Source: a virus
Reading direction: 5' to 3' (one strand)
Virus record (IMG/VR): IMGVR_UViG_3300042892_004016
Span: 1 to 64,000 of that record
Length of the DNA: 64,000 bases
Below the pieces are notes generated by a model. The model did not search any database and was not told the DNA's origin. It was given only the letters and a program-made list of their open reading frames with translations. Every line of letters begins with the position of its first letter. Position 1 is the first letter of the stretch. This document shows positions 1 through 7,615 of this stretch, piece by piece. The position numbers were made by a program, and so were the translations under genes.

Positions 1-903
1 TATAGCTATGGGGGTGGTGGGGGTGGGGGCGGGCTTAGCTACGGAACAATCTCTCTTACACCAGGAGGCAGTGTCACCATTTGGGTGGGTGAACTTGGTG
101 CCATGGGGGGATCCTTTGGTGGTGCCGGCAACAATGGGGGTAACTCTTGGATCATACAGTCTGGAGTTGAAAAGTTATGGGCATACGGTGGAGGTGGGGG
201 AGGGGGAGGAAGCGTTACCAAAGATACTGGGGTTACCGGCGGCGGTAGTTGTTTGGGTGGTGCCGGCGGTACAGGCAAGAACATCGGTAGTGCCGTTGTT
301 AACAACGGCGGGGATGGTGGTAGCTGCTTTGCCATCGCATTGCCACCCACATCCTCACTCGCTAGTAATCCTTATAGCGACTGGAGGGCAGGTGCTGGCG
401 CAGGTGGTGGCTCCGGAGGATATACTGATGCTGGTGGATCAGGAGGTGGTGGTGGTAGTATAGCTTACTATAAAACCCCTGAATTAACTTACGCAGATTT
501 AGTAGGCTACCCCGTTGATCCCACTGGTTCAACCAGTGGTGGTGGGGGTGGGGGGTGGCATTATCGTGCCGCTAGTGGTAGATACGGGGGTGGTACCACT
601 ACGTATGGCGATGGTAGAGGATACAGTTACGCTGGGTCACCTGGCAGCAACGGAAATCCACAGGCTTATGGACCACCTCCGCCACCGTCCTCTAATACTC
701 CGTACAGAGATATTGCCGCTTCCAGCGGCATATCCAATGGTAATGGTGGTGGTGTTTATGCTGCAGGTGCAGGTAGTGGTGGTGGGATACTATTATATAT
801 TGGTACTCCAGGCGCTGTTAGGATAGTTTGGGGAACCATGGAGGGAGTTGTGAATCCAGTGGTTAGATCATATCCAAATACTAATGTGAGTACCAATTAT
901 TAA
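1..903 (+). CDS. Glycine-rich virion/tail-fibre-like protein, 5'-truncated by the window edge
   Basis: The frame is open from base 1 (YSYGGGGGGGGLSYG...). It has repeated GGGGG tracts and a C-terminal GAVRIVWG..RSYP motif typical of phage Gly-rich tail proteins. Confidence 0.65.
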   Translation, partial: YSYGGGGGGGGLSYGTISLTPGGSVTIWVGELGAMGGSFGGAGNNGGNSWIIQSGVEKLWAYGGGGGGGGSVTKDTGVTGGGSCLGGAGGTGKNIGSAVVNNGGDGGSCFAIALPPTSSLASNPYSDWRAGAGAGGGSGGYTDAGGSGGGGGSIAYYKTPELTYADLVGYPVDPTGSTSGGGGGGWHYRAASGRYGGGTTTYGDGRGYSYAGSPGSNGNPQAYGPPPPPSSNTPYRDIAASSGISNGNGGGVYAAGAGSGGGILLYIGTPGAVRIVWGTMEGVVNPVVRSYPNTNVSTNY

Positions 904-1154
904 TTCATAATCTGGGCAATCAGTATCAGTTTATCCAAATGACTGATTGCCTTGTTGATCTTGTCCACTTGTTTTTCGGTACTGTAGGTTCGGCGTGTGC
1001 GTCTGGCTATGACTTCTTCTTTACTTAATTCTTTAACCATGGCCTCAATGTTATTGAGCATGGCTTTGAGGTCAGGATTGTAGCTTAGTTTAGCTAAATC
1101 TTTTCTTAGTTTGGCGCTGATTGTTTGCCAGTCGAGGGCAGTTTGTAGTTGCAT
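900..1154 (-). CDS. Hypothetical phage protein (84 aa, helical)
   Basis: Clean ORF with a TAAATA motif upstream (1178-1183, - strand). Confidence 0.6.
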   Translation of the reverse strand: MQLQTALDWQTISAKLRKDLAKLSYNPDLKAMLNNIEAMVKELSKEEVIARRTRRTYSTEKQVDKINKAISHLDKLILIAQIMN

Positions 1155-1202
1155 GATAATGGTACAGTTGTTATAGTTATTTATTATACATCAACTGTAA
1201 AT

Positions 1203-1230
1203 AAAAAATCCACCCTCAGGTGGATTTTTG
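1203..1230. terminator. Rho-independent terminator, probably bidirectional, downstream of pqqA
   Basis: AAAAAATCCACC-CTCA-GGTGGATTTTT inverted repeat flanked by A/T runs. Confidence 0.75.
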
Positions 1231-1245
1231 TTAATCTAAATCGTA

Positions 1246-1320
1246 TTAACGATTGGCGATGTACATTGTGATTTCAAAACCAAAACGTAGATCAGTTGCT
1301 TGTGGTGTAGTCCAGTTCAT
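1246..1320 (-). CDS. pqqA: Pyrroloquinoline quinone precursor peptide PqqA (24 aa, MNWTTPQATDLRFGFEITMYIANR)
   Basis: Manual translation; too short for the ORF track. It has the W-x-x-P...DLRFGFE-x-x-x-Y signature including the E-x3-Y pair cross-linked into PQQ. It has an AAGGA RBS, an upstream TAAATA (1361-1366) and a downstream terminator. Confidence 0.92.
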   Translation of the reverse strand: MNWTTPQATDLRFGFEITMYIANR

Positions 1321-1447
1321 TTTAATTTCCTTTAAGTTAAGTTTTTAAATACTTCATTAGTATTTAACGTAAGTATACAGCTATTTTGGATAGAAGTACA
1401 TAGAGAAAATCATGATTTTGCACTACGCAAACCAGCTGGTTCAGAAA

Positions 1448-2854
1448 TTAGAAACTTAGCTGACCGCGCAACATGACAACTTTTTCACCGTTGACACGAC
1501 TGCCTACTACACCCACAGGAGCACCAAATTTAGTGTCTACATAGTTTAACATGACTCTAACATTGTCATTTACAAACCATGTTAGTCCATACGTAAGTGA
1601 CGTTGCACGATTGGTTTTGCCTGCTGCTACTGCAATATCGCTGGCATCAAATTCACTGGCTCGTACACCCACTTGCCATGCACCAGGTCCGCCTTTACCA
1701 ACTGCGGCATTTGGCTTGATCCAGTCAAACGCACCATTTTTGTACACATGCGATTCACCAGTCAAGTTATATATGGCCTGCACATAATTGCCTTTGATTT
1801 CTTGATTGGACCCAACTGCTGGATCATACTTGAAATTAAATTGTTCGCCTTGTATTTTTAATCCTTTCCAAGCCACTGCTGCTTCAATGCCCTGACGAGT
1901 GCGATCAGTGTCTCCACTTAACGCTGATCCAGTAAAGAACGCTGAACTTGCACGACCTTCTGTACGACCACTTGCAGGAACAACACCTGATTTAACTGTG
2001 CCAGTACTATAAGCGGCACCTAGGTGCGCTATTACGTCTTTGTTCTGCACGAGTTCCGCAAAGTTTACTGTAACACGACCAATGATGTCGTTGCTGTCAA
2101 CAGTGGCACTTTTATTACCACGTCCACGACTGGCAGCTACCGCCCAGGTCAGTCCCGCACGTGGGACACCATGTACCATAAAGCCAGTTTCTTTGGCAGG
2201 AATAAACTCGCCTTCAGATTGACCAATTAAACTGCGTTCCATGAAGTCAATGTTGTTACTACTGGTAAGTTGTTCTAAACTAAATGGCATTTTGAATTGA
2301 CCCATGGTAAACTGCAGTTGCGGTTCAGCAGCGTAGTTTACCCAGAACTCGTCGATGGTTGATGTTGTACTAGAAGCACCTACATCATTGCCAAAGTTTG
2401 CCAGTAACAAAAATTTCCAATCCTTTTGAAATTGTCCACGTACACCAAAGCGGGCGCGGCGATTTTCAATACCATTTTGATACGGATCAGTACTTTGTCC
2501 CACTGAGTAGTCTGGACTGTATGCACGATAGTCTGTGTGTAATCGGCCGGTCAATTGAATTGTATTTGCACCATCTTTGCTTTTAAATCCTAAACCGTTT
2601 TCCAACACAGATCCGTCGTTGGCTTTGGCAATACGATAATTATTACTGTCTCTGACATCTTTATCAATACGGCTATTATTGAACTGTTTGTTCTCCAAAG
2701 TTTCTTGGTAAGTTGTGACTCTGGCATCATGCTCTTGTTTGGTGATTACGCCTTTTTGTAGCAGTAAATCCAATAAGTCAGTGTGATCATCTGCCGCAGC
2801 AGTTTGTGACAAGCCAATCATGCCAGCCAGTACTACAATTGTTGCTAATTTCAT
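1448..2854 (-). CDS. Phosphate-selective outer-membrane porin, OprO/OprP family
   Basis: Signal peptide; GRLHTDY, RRARFGVRG and GQFKMPFSLEQLTSSNNIDFMERS motifs; C-terminal Phe; overlaps the pstS stop codon. Confidence 0.85.
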   Translation of the reverse strand: MKLATIVVLAGMIGLSQTAAADDHTDLLDLLLQKGVITKQEHDARVTTYQETLENKQFNNSRIDKDVRDSNNYRIAKANDGSVLENGLGFKSKDGANTIQLTGRLHTDYRAYSPDYSVGQSTDPYQNGIENRRARFGVRGQFQKDWKFLLLANFGNDVGASSTTSTIDEFWVNYAAEPQLQFTMGQFKMPFSLEQLTSSNNIDFMERSLIGQSEGEFIPAKETGFMVHGVPRAGLTWAVAASRGRGNKSATVDSNDIIGRVTVNFAELVQNKDVIAHLGAAYSTGTVKSGVVPASGRTEGRASSAFFTGSALSGDTDRTRQGIEAAVAWKGLKIQGEQFNFKYDPAVGSNQEIKGNYVQAIYNLTGESHVYKNGAFDWIKPNAAVGKGGPGAWQVGVRASEFDASDIAVAAGKTNRATSLTYGLTWFVNDNVRVMLNYVDTKFGAPVGVVGSRVNGEKVVMLRGQLSF

Positions 2855-3864
2855 TTAATTTCTCCAATGTTAAATTTTGTCCACTCAACACGAACCTTGT
2901 CCTGCACACTTTTAGGAAGTGGCACGTAGTCAAGTTCGGTTGCCATTGCGCTGCCGTTGTTGAACGACCAGCTAAAGAATTTCAATACTGCTCTGCCTAC
3001 TAGAGGATCTTGTTGCTTCTTGTGCATTATTATAAACGATGCACCCGTGATTGGCCAAGCGTTTTGGTGTTTCTGGTCTGTTAATACGGTGGCCATACCA
3101 TTAGTGCCAGTCCATTCTGCACCATCTGCTGCTGCCTTGAATGTTTCGTCATCGGGTAACACCCATTTGCCTGCTTGATTCTTCAACTGAGCAGGAGATA
3201 GTTTGTTCTTCTTGGCATAGGCATACTCTACATAGCCAATTGATCCCTTAGCTTGCATGACCATGGCTGCTACACCTTCATTGCCCTTGCCACCAATACC
3301 TGCTGGCCACTTGACTGCTGTACCATCGCCCACTTTTGTTTTCCAATCTGGCACTGTCTTGCTTAACCAATTGGTAAACAAGAATGTAGTACCTGATCCA
3401 TCGCTGCGATGCACTACCGTGATTGCCTGTGCTGGAAGTTTTGCATCTGGGTTCAATGCTACAATTGCTGCATCGTTCCACTTAGTGATCTTACCCAAGT
3501 AGATATTGGCAATGACCTCTGCGGTAAATTTCAGTTGTCCAGGAACAATACCTTCTACATTGACCACTGGCACTACACCTCCAATGATTGCTGGAAACTG
3601 TACTAGGTCTTCTTTCTCTAGGTCTTCCATTTTTAATGGCATATCACTGGCGCCAAAGTCCACTGTTTTGGCCTTGATCTGTTTGATGCCGCCGCCTGAA
3701 CCAATTGATTGATAGTTGAGTCCGATGCCTGTTGCTGCTTTGTATGCTTCGGCCCATTTTGAATAGATAGGATAAGGAAATGTTGCTCCTGCTCCTGTTA
3801 AATCTGCTGCTACTGCTTGGCCCACTAGTAATGCTGATAACGCCAATATTTTTACTAATTTCAT
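2851..3864 (-). CDS. pstS: Phosphate ABC transporter substrate-binding protein PstS
   Basis: Signal peptide; GAGATFPYP, YQSIGSGGG, DFGASD, HRSDGSGTT, GKGNEGVA and IGYVEYAYA motifs. Confidence 0.96.
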   Translation of the reverse strand: MKLVKILALSALLVGQAVAADLTGAGATFPYPIYSKWAEAYKAATGIGLNYQSIGSGGGIKQIKAKTVDFGASDMPLKMEDLEKEDLVQFPAIIGGVVPVVNVEGIVPGQLKFTAEVIANIYLGKITKWNDAAIVALNPDAKLPAQAITVVHRSDGSGTTFLFTNWLSKTVPDWKTKVGDGTAVKWPAGIGGKGNEGVAAMVMQAKGSIGYVEYAYAKKNKLSPAQLKNQAGKWVLPDDETFKAAADGAEWTGTNGMATVLTDQKHQNAWPITGASFIIMHKKQQDPLVGRAVLKFFSWSFNNGSAMATELDYVPLPKSVQDKVRVEWTKFNIGEIK

Positions 3865-3891
3865 ATGATTTCCTTTTTAAAGTTATTGATG

Positions 3892-3920
3892 ATTATATAC
3901 TACTGCGTTGCCAAAGTCAA
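3892..3920 (-). promoter_or_regulatory. Near-consensus sigma70 promoter for pstS-porin
   Basis: TTGACT-17 nt-TATAAT on the - strand, followed by an AAGGA RBS. Confidence 0.75.
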
Positions 3921-3990
3921 CCGTAAGTCGTCAACTCTGAATTGATTCTGGTTACGAGTTCCAGTAGCACTCTATCGTTGTGCTCGATTT

Positions 3991-4989
3991 TTAAACTATT
4001 TCAATTAAATTGTGTTTAAATGTATTCCAACAGGCGTGCCATGTCCATTTGTTACTCAATTCTATCACCCGTGGCCTTGATAAACGTAAACAAACCTCTA
4101 CTGCATCGGTTAGCTGGTCGCTCATGTAACCCGTACCCAATTCTATTACATCAATTGGTCCTGCTACTGGATATGCTGCCACTGGAGTTCCCAAACTCAT
4201 GGCTTCTATCATCACAATGCCAAATGTGTCTGACTTGCTGGGAAATGCAAATACATCTGCACGACTGTACCAATCAGCCAATGCAGTTCCTGTCTGATAC
4301 CCAGTAAATTGCACTTGTGGATACCGGTTCTCTAACATGGCTCTTTGTGGTCCATCTCCTACTACAACTACATCATACTGATTGCTCAGTTCACACACTG
4401 ATTGCACATTTTTTTCTTTGCTTACACGACCAACATACAGCACAATGGGACGAGCATTTGGGTGTGGCCAGACCTGTGTGGGTGTTAGCCTGCATCTGTC
4501 CACTCCTCTGGTCCATGCAGTGACTGGTGCTGCAAACCCATGCGCCTGTAAATCTGCGACCATGGTTTGTGTAGTAGTCATCACACACCTGGAGTTTTTG
4601 TGAAACCACTTGAGATAACACCAGGTGATAAATTCAGGCGCATGATAAATCTGTTTTAAAAACTCAGGAAACTTTGTATGATAACTGGTATTATACTGCC
4701 AGCCTTTGAAATCTAACCAAATTCTAGCGGCTAATCCTATGGGACCTTCTGTGGCGATATGAATATAATCCGGCTCCATCGCCTTAATCTTCGCACCAAT
4801 CGCCCAGGGCCAGGAGAGTTTAACTTCAGGATAACCAGGAGCATCAACATGATGGAACTGCCTGGGATCAAGATAAACAATACAGTAGCCGTCACTACTA
4901 GCATGGCTCTCAATATTCTTGAACGTGGTAACCACGCCATTGATCTGTGTTGGTTCATTGTCTGTTACAATTAGGATCGTTTTACGCAT
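3991..4989 (-). CDS. GT4 (GT-B) glycosyltransferase, Agt-like glycolipid synthase
   Basis: TD..PQINGVVTT, IHIATEGPIG, SYHTKFPE, YVGRVSKEKN and FPSKSDTFGIVMIEAMSLGTPV motifs; lies downstream of a plcP-like gene as in bacterial plcP-agt loci. Confidence 0.85.
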   Translation of the reverse strand: MRKTILIVTDNEPTQINGVVTTFKNIESHASSDGYCIVYLDPRQFHHVDAPGYPEVKLSWPWAIGAKIKAMEPDYIHIATEGPIGLAARIWLDFKGWQYNTSYHTKFPEFLKQIYHAPEFITWCYLKWFHKNSRCVMTTTQTMVADLQAHGFAAPVTAWTRGVDRCRLTPTQVWPHPNARPIVLYVGRVSKEKNVQSVCELSNQYDVVVVGDGPQRAMLENRYPQVQFTGYQTGTALADWYSRADVFAFPSKSDTFGIVMIEAMSLGTPVAAYPVAGPIDVIELGTGYMSDQLTDAVEVCLRLSRPRVIELSNKWTWHACWNTFKHNLIEIV

Positions 4990-5144
4990 TTTGCATCAAC
5001 TTTAAATGAATCAAATTTCAATGACCAGGTGATTGTCTTTAGACTTTGTTCGCAACTGGTTTGATCTGGAAATTCAATTGTGACTCTGCCCGGAATGTCT
5101 TTTGGATCGTTTAGGTGTACCGCTATCAATATCATCAACCACAT
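4971..5144 (-). CDS. Small protein (57 aa) with hydrophobic N-terminus and two Cys, overlapping both neighbouring genes
   Basis: Manual translation MWLMILIAVHLNDPKDIPGRVTIEFPDQTSCEQSLKTITWSLKFDSFKVDAKCVKRS with an AGGAG RBS. Confidence 0.6.
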   Translation of the reverse strand: MWLMILIAVHLNDPKDIPGRVTIEFPDQTSCEQSLKTITWSLKFDSFKVDAKCVKRS

Positions 5145-5898
5145 TGTCTGTCTCCTGTGTCCAAGTTACTATCTGCCAGTGTCCGTCATGATGCTCTACC
5201 AGTGCAGTCATGCTTTCCACCCAATCGCCATCATTCATGTATATGATGCCATCTATTTCTTTTATTTCTGCATGATGAATATGACCACATATCACTCCAT
5301 CAAAGCCACGCTTGCGACAATAGCCAGCAAGATTATGCTCAAACTGAAAAATAAAGTCCACGGCTTTCTTGACTCTATGCTTGAGATAAAAAGACAGACT
5401 CCAATAACCAAAGCCCATCCTACGACGAAGCCAATTAAAACGGCTGTTAACACTGAGAATAACATCATATGCCTTGTCTCCTAAAAATCCCAACCAGGGA
5501 GCCAGTCTGGTAATGCCATCAAACAAGTCGCCGTGTGTGACCAAGTAATGTTTGCCATCTACTCCAATGTGTTCAGATTGATTTGCTATTTCTATTAGAC
5601 CAAATCCTGGATCATACTGCATGAAGGGTCTGAGAAATTCATCGTGATTGCCTGCCACATATACCACTCGGGTACCACGTTTGGCATGCCCCAATACTCT
5701 GCGAACCACATTGGTGTGGCTTTGTTTCCAGCGCCATTTGTTTTGCTTAATCTTCCATGCATCAATTATATCGCCCACCAGATACAGTGTTTCACAAGAG
5801 TTGTTTTTGAGGAAATTGTTTAATGCTTCTGCTTTGCAGTCGCGGGTTCCAAGATGTACGTCACTGATGAAGATAGTTCTGTATGTTTTAGTAGACAT
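5074..5898 (-). CDS. plcP: PlcP-like phospholipase C (LpxH-like calcineurin-type metallophosphoesterase)
   Basis: SDVHLG, GDIID, GNHDE, HGD and GHIH metal motifs, plus the PlcP/LpxH2-subfamily segments YWSLS.YLK..VK.AV and NDGDWVES.TALVEH; paired with a GT4 gene. Confidence 0.8.
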   Translation of the reverse strand: MSTKTYRTIFISDVHLGTRDCKAEALNNFLKNNSCETLYLVGDIIDAWKIKQNKWRWKQSHTNVVRRVLGHAKRGTRVVYVAGNHDEFLRPFMQYDPGFGLIEIANQSEHIGVDGKHYLVTHGDLFDGITRLAPWLGFLGDKAYDVILSVNSRFNWLRRRMGFGYWSLSFYLKHRVKKAVDFIFQFEHNLAGYCRKRGFDGVICGHIHHAEIKEIDGIIYMNDGDWVESMTALVEHHDGHWQIVTWTQETDNVVDDIDSGTPKRSKRHSGQSHN

Positions 5899-5920
5899 AC
5901 TAGTATTTAGAGGCCGTAGT

Positions 5921-5938
5921 ATGACAAGCGTGTTACAA
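5921..5938 (-). promoter_or_regulatory. Putative Pho box (PhoB-binding site) upstream of plcP
   Basis: TTGTAAC-ACGC-TTGTCAT: two 7-mers at 11-nt period matching the CTGTCAT-N4-CTGTCAT-type consensus, about 11 nt upstream of a TAAATA element. Confidence 0.65.
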
Positions 5939-5955
5939 ACCAGTGGTTTAGTTAA

Positions 5956-6600
5956 TTATTTTGCCATTAGATCGTCAACAAACTCCAATAACAGGTCGTG
6001 ATGTGCGCCCTTGTGGTAATGTTTGCCCATCCAGCTGTAGCCATCATACCAAAACTGTTCGCTTTCTGGATGGCAGCCTATCAGTCCAATTCTGTCTTGT
6101 ACTATGGCCATGGCATCACCATTGGCATATGTAGCTACTGTTTTGAATTTGGTGTGGTCACCCACCAGTGCGCAGCCGTCGTAAAAGAACATTCTATCAG
6201 GTTGATTGTTCCAAGTTACTGCAATTGCTTTAGCATGCGGGCGTCTGGTATCGGTGTTGGGCTGAGTTATATACTGCACTGCATCCACATCGTGTAGTAT
6301 ATTAAAGTAATGTTTGCCCGCCCAGTATGCGCCCATGCAAATACCCAAGTATCTGCCGCCTGATTTGACAAAACTTATCACGCTATCTGCATTGTTTTTG
6401 AGCAGTGACTGGTATGACGCAGCATCACCAAATCCACCAGGTACGGCAATCATGCTTACACCGTCGAAGAAGTTGTCTTCCACTTCACTTTTTGAAAAGA
6501 TTTTGAAATTGTAATGTTGCCCCAAGGCCTTGATGATACCATTGCCGCTTTGTACCGAACATTTTGGGTCAGCTATAAACAGGGCAATTGTGGGTTTCAT
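5956..6600 (-). CDS. Class I glutamine-amidotransferase-like protein (BPL_N-like)
   Basis: VPGG, GGRYLGICMGAY nucleophile elbow and HPE motif. Confidence 0.75.
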   Translation of the reverse strand: MKPTIALFIADPKCSVQSGNGIIKALGQHYNFKIFSKSEVEDNFFDGVSMIAVPGGFGDAASYQSLLKNNADSVISFVKSGGRYLGICMGAYWAGKHYFNILHDVDAVQYITQPNTDTRRPHAKAIAVTWNNQPDRMFFYDGCALVGDHTKFKTVATYANGDAMAIVQDRIGLIGCHPESEQFWYDGYSWMGKHYHKGAHHDLLLEFVDDLMAK

Positions 6601-6703
6601 CCGTGTTTTCGTAAGAACATTTCAATAAGCATAATAAATCCCTGTTATCTGATATTTAACTGAGGAACCAGGGGTATTTTAATAAGTTTGGCTATAGTGG
6701 TAA

Positions 6704-6725
6704 AATAGGCTCCGAAGAGCCTATT
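6704..6725 (-). terminator. Terminator hairpin at the 3' end of the tmRNA coding piece
   Basis: AATAGGCTC-TTCG-GAGCCTATT followed by TT on the - strand (cUUCGg tetraloop). Confidence 0.75.
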
Positions 6726-7040
6726 GCTATTTTTGGTTACAAGGTATAACTACCCCGGAAATCACGCTGCTAGAGCGTAGACCTCATCGTTAGATGCGTT
6801 TGCATTTACGTGTTTTGCTTGATTTACGGTCATCGCCTACCGTGTTGTCCATATCCTTACTTATTGCCCAATCGAAACCTGGTCGCCCCCATCAAAAGCA
6901 ATCTAGTTTGGATTCGAACCTTGTCCTAGTCTTGTCGATCTGCACTTCCCACTGTACTGACCAGATTGCTTTTGGTGGAGGCGAGGGGAATCGAACCCCT
7001 GTCTTGAACACCTTTCATTCAACTTCATACAACAATAACT
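6726..7040 (-). ncRNA. ssrA: Circularly permuted (two-piece) tmRNA: acceptor piece ~7040-6973, intervening segment 6972-6891, coding piece 6890-~6726
   Basis: The T-arm and acceptor 3' end (AGGGGTTCGATTCCCCT-CGCCTCC-A-CCA, ending 6973) precede the 5' end GGGGGCG (6890). The 7-bp acceptor stem has G3.U70. P2 pairings TTGGGCA/TGTTCAA and ACAAC/GTTGT, a pk1-like ACGGT/ACCGT stem and a tag ORF are present. The outer ends are approximate. Confidence 0.9.
6762..6803 (-). other. tmRNA proteolysis-tag reading frame ANASNDEVYALAA*
   Basis: GCA resume codon after TAAAT; ends in YALAA-TGA like proteobacterial SsrA tags. Confidence 0.88.
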
Positions 7041-7068
7041 TATAGTATATATTTAACTGGTATTATCG

Positions 7069-7569
7069 TCAACCGTTGTGGGTATCGTCACCATAGTGCT
7101 GTTTGCTGGTGTACACCACTTCAGTTTTTTTGGCACCAGTATACTGTGCTGTTGGGCGCATCCACACTTCATGTTCTTCTACGTACCCACTGTCTGTTAA
7201 GCCATAGTGCTTGACCATGGCAGTGTAGTCTAATAAACAATCTTGTGGATTAAATGGTTTGGCAACTATTACCCAATCATCTTGAGTTTCCAGAGTCTGC
7301 ACAAAGTTCACCGCACCATCTAGCTGAGTGGCAAAGGCCACAACTACTCCGTTGGATTTAATGGCGTTCAGTTCACGATCCTTTGGTATTATCGCACGAA
7401 ACAGTTGCTGTACCCGTGGTGCTCGCCTAAAGGGTTCGCTTTCTGGACTGTTTAGAATCACCTGTGCAGCGGCATCTGTGTTCCACATTTCTTGCCAGTC
7501 TTGTACCGCCTGAACAAAGTCAGGGGTCAATTGGTCAGTGGATTCAGTTAAGATTTCTTTGATATTCAT
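7069..7569 (-). CDS. Hypothetical late protein (166 aa), possibly capsid-packaged; weak ADP-ribosyltransferase-like motifs
   Basis: Perfect TATAAATA upstream; MNIKEILTES N-terminus; LFRAI...AFAT...EHEV motif order. Confidence 0.55.
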   Translation of the reverse strand: MNIKEILTESTDQLTPDFVQAVQDWQEMWNTDAAAQVILNSPESEPFRRAPRVQQLFRAIIPKDRELNAIKSNGVVVAFATQLDGAVNFVQTLETQDDWVIVAKPFNPQDCLLDYTAMVKHYGLTDSGYVEEHEVWMRPTAQYTGAKKTEVVYTSKQHYGDDTHNG

Positions 7570-7573
7570 TGAG

Positions 7574-7581
7574 TATTTATA
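7574..7581 (-). promoter_or_regulatory. T4-type late promoter TATAAATA
   Basis: Exact T4 gp55 consensus 4 nt upstream of the ATG at 7569. Confidence 0.75.
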
Positions 7582-7615
7582 CGCAGTAAAACAAACATGA
7601 TACTGTGTACTTACA

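Noticed and set aside
8-463. Alternative-frame ORFs 8-463 (+), 39-350 (-) and 515-826 (+)
   Set aside because: Val-rich or Pro-rich shadows of the GGT-rich glycine codons in the real frame 1-903.
3917-3990. Short open stretch (KIEHNDRVLLELVTRINSELTTYG*) between agt and pstS
   Set aside because: No start codon and an in-frame stop just upstream; at most a gene remnant.
5074-5898. Annotation as lipid A enzyme LpxH
   Set aside because: Subfamily motifs, GT4 pairing, the Pho box and the pstS context fit PlcP better; not formally excluded without a phylogeny.
6973-7003. Stand-alone tRNA gene or attP-like tRNA 3' fragment
   Set aside because: There is no anticodon arm upstream; it is fully explained as the acceptor piece of the permuted tmRNA.
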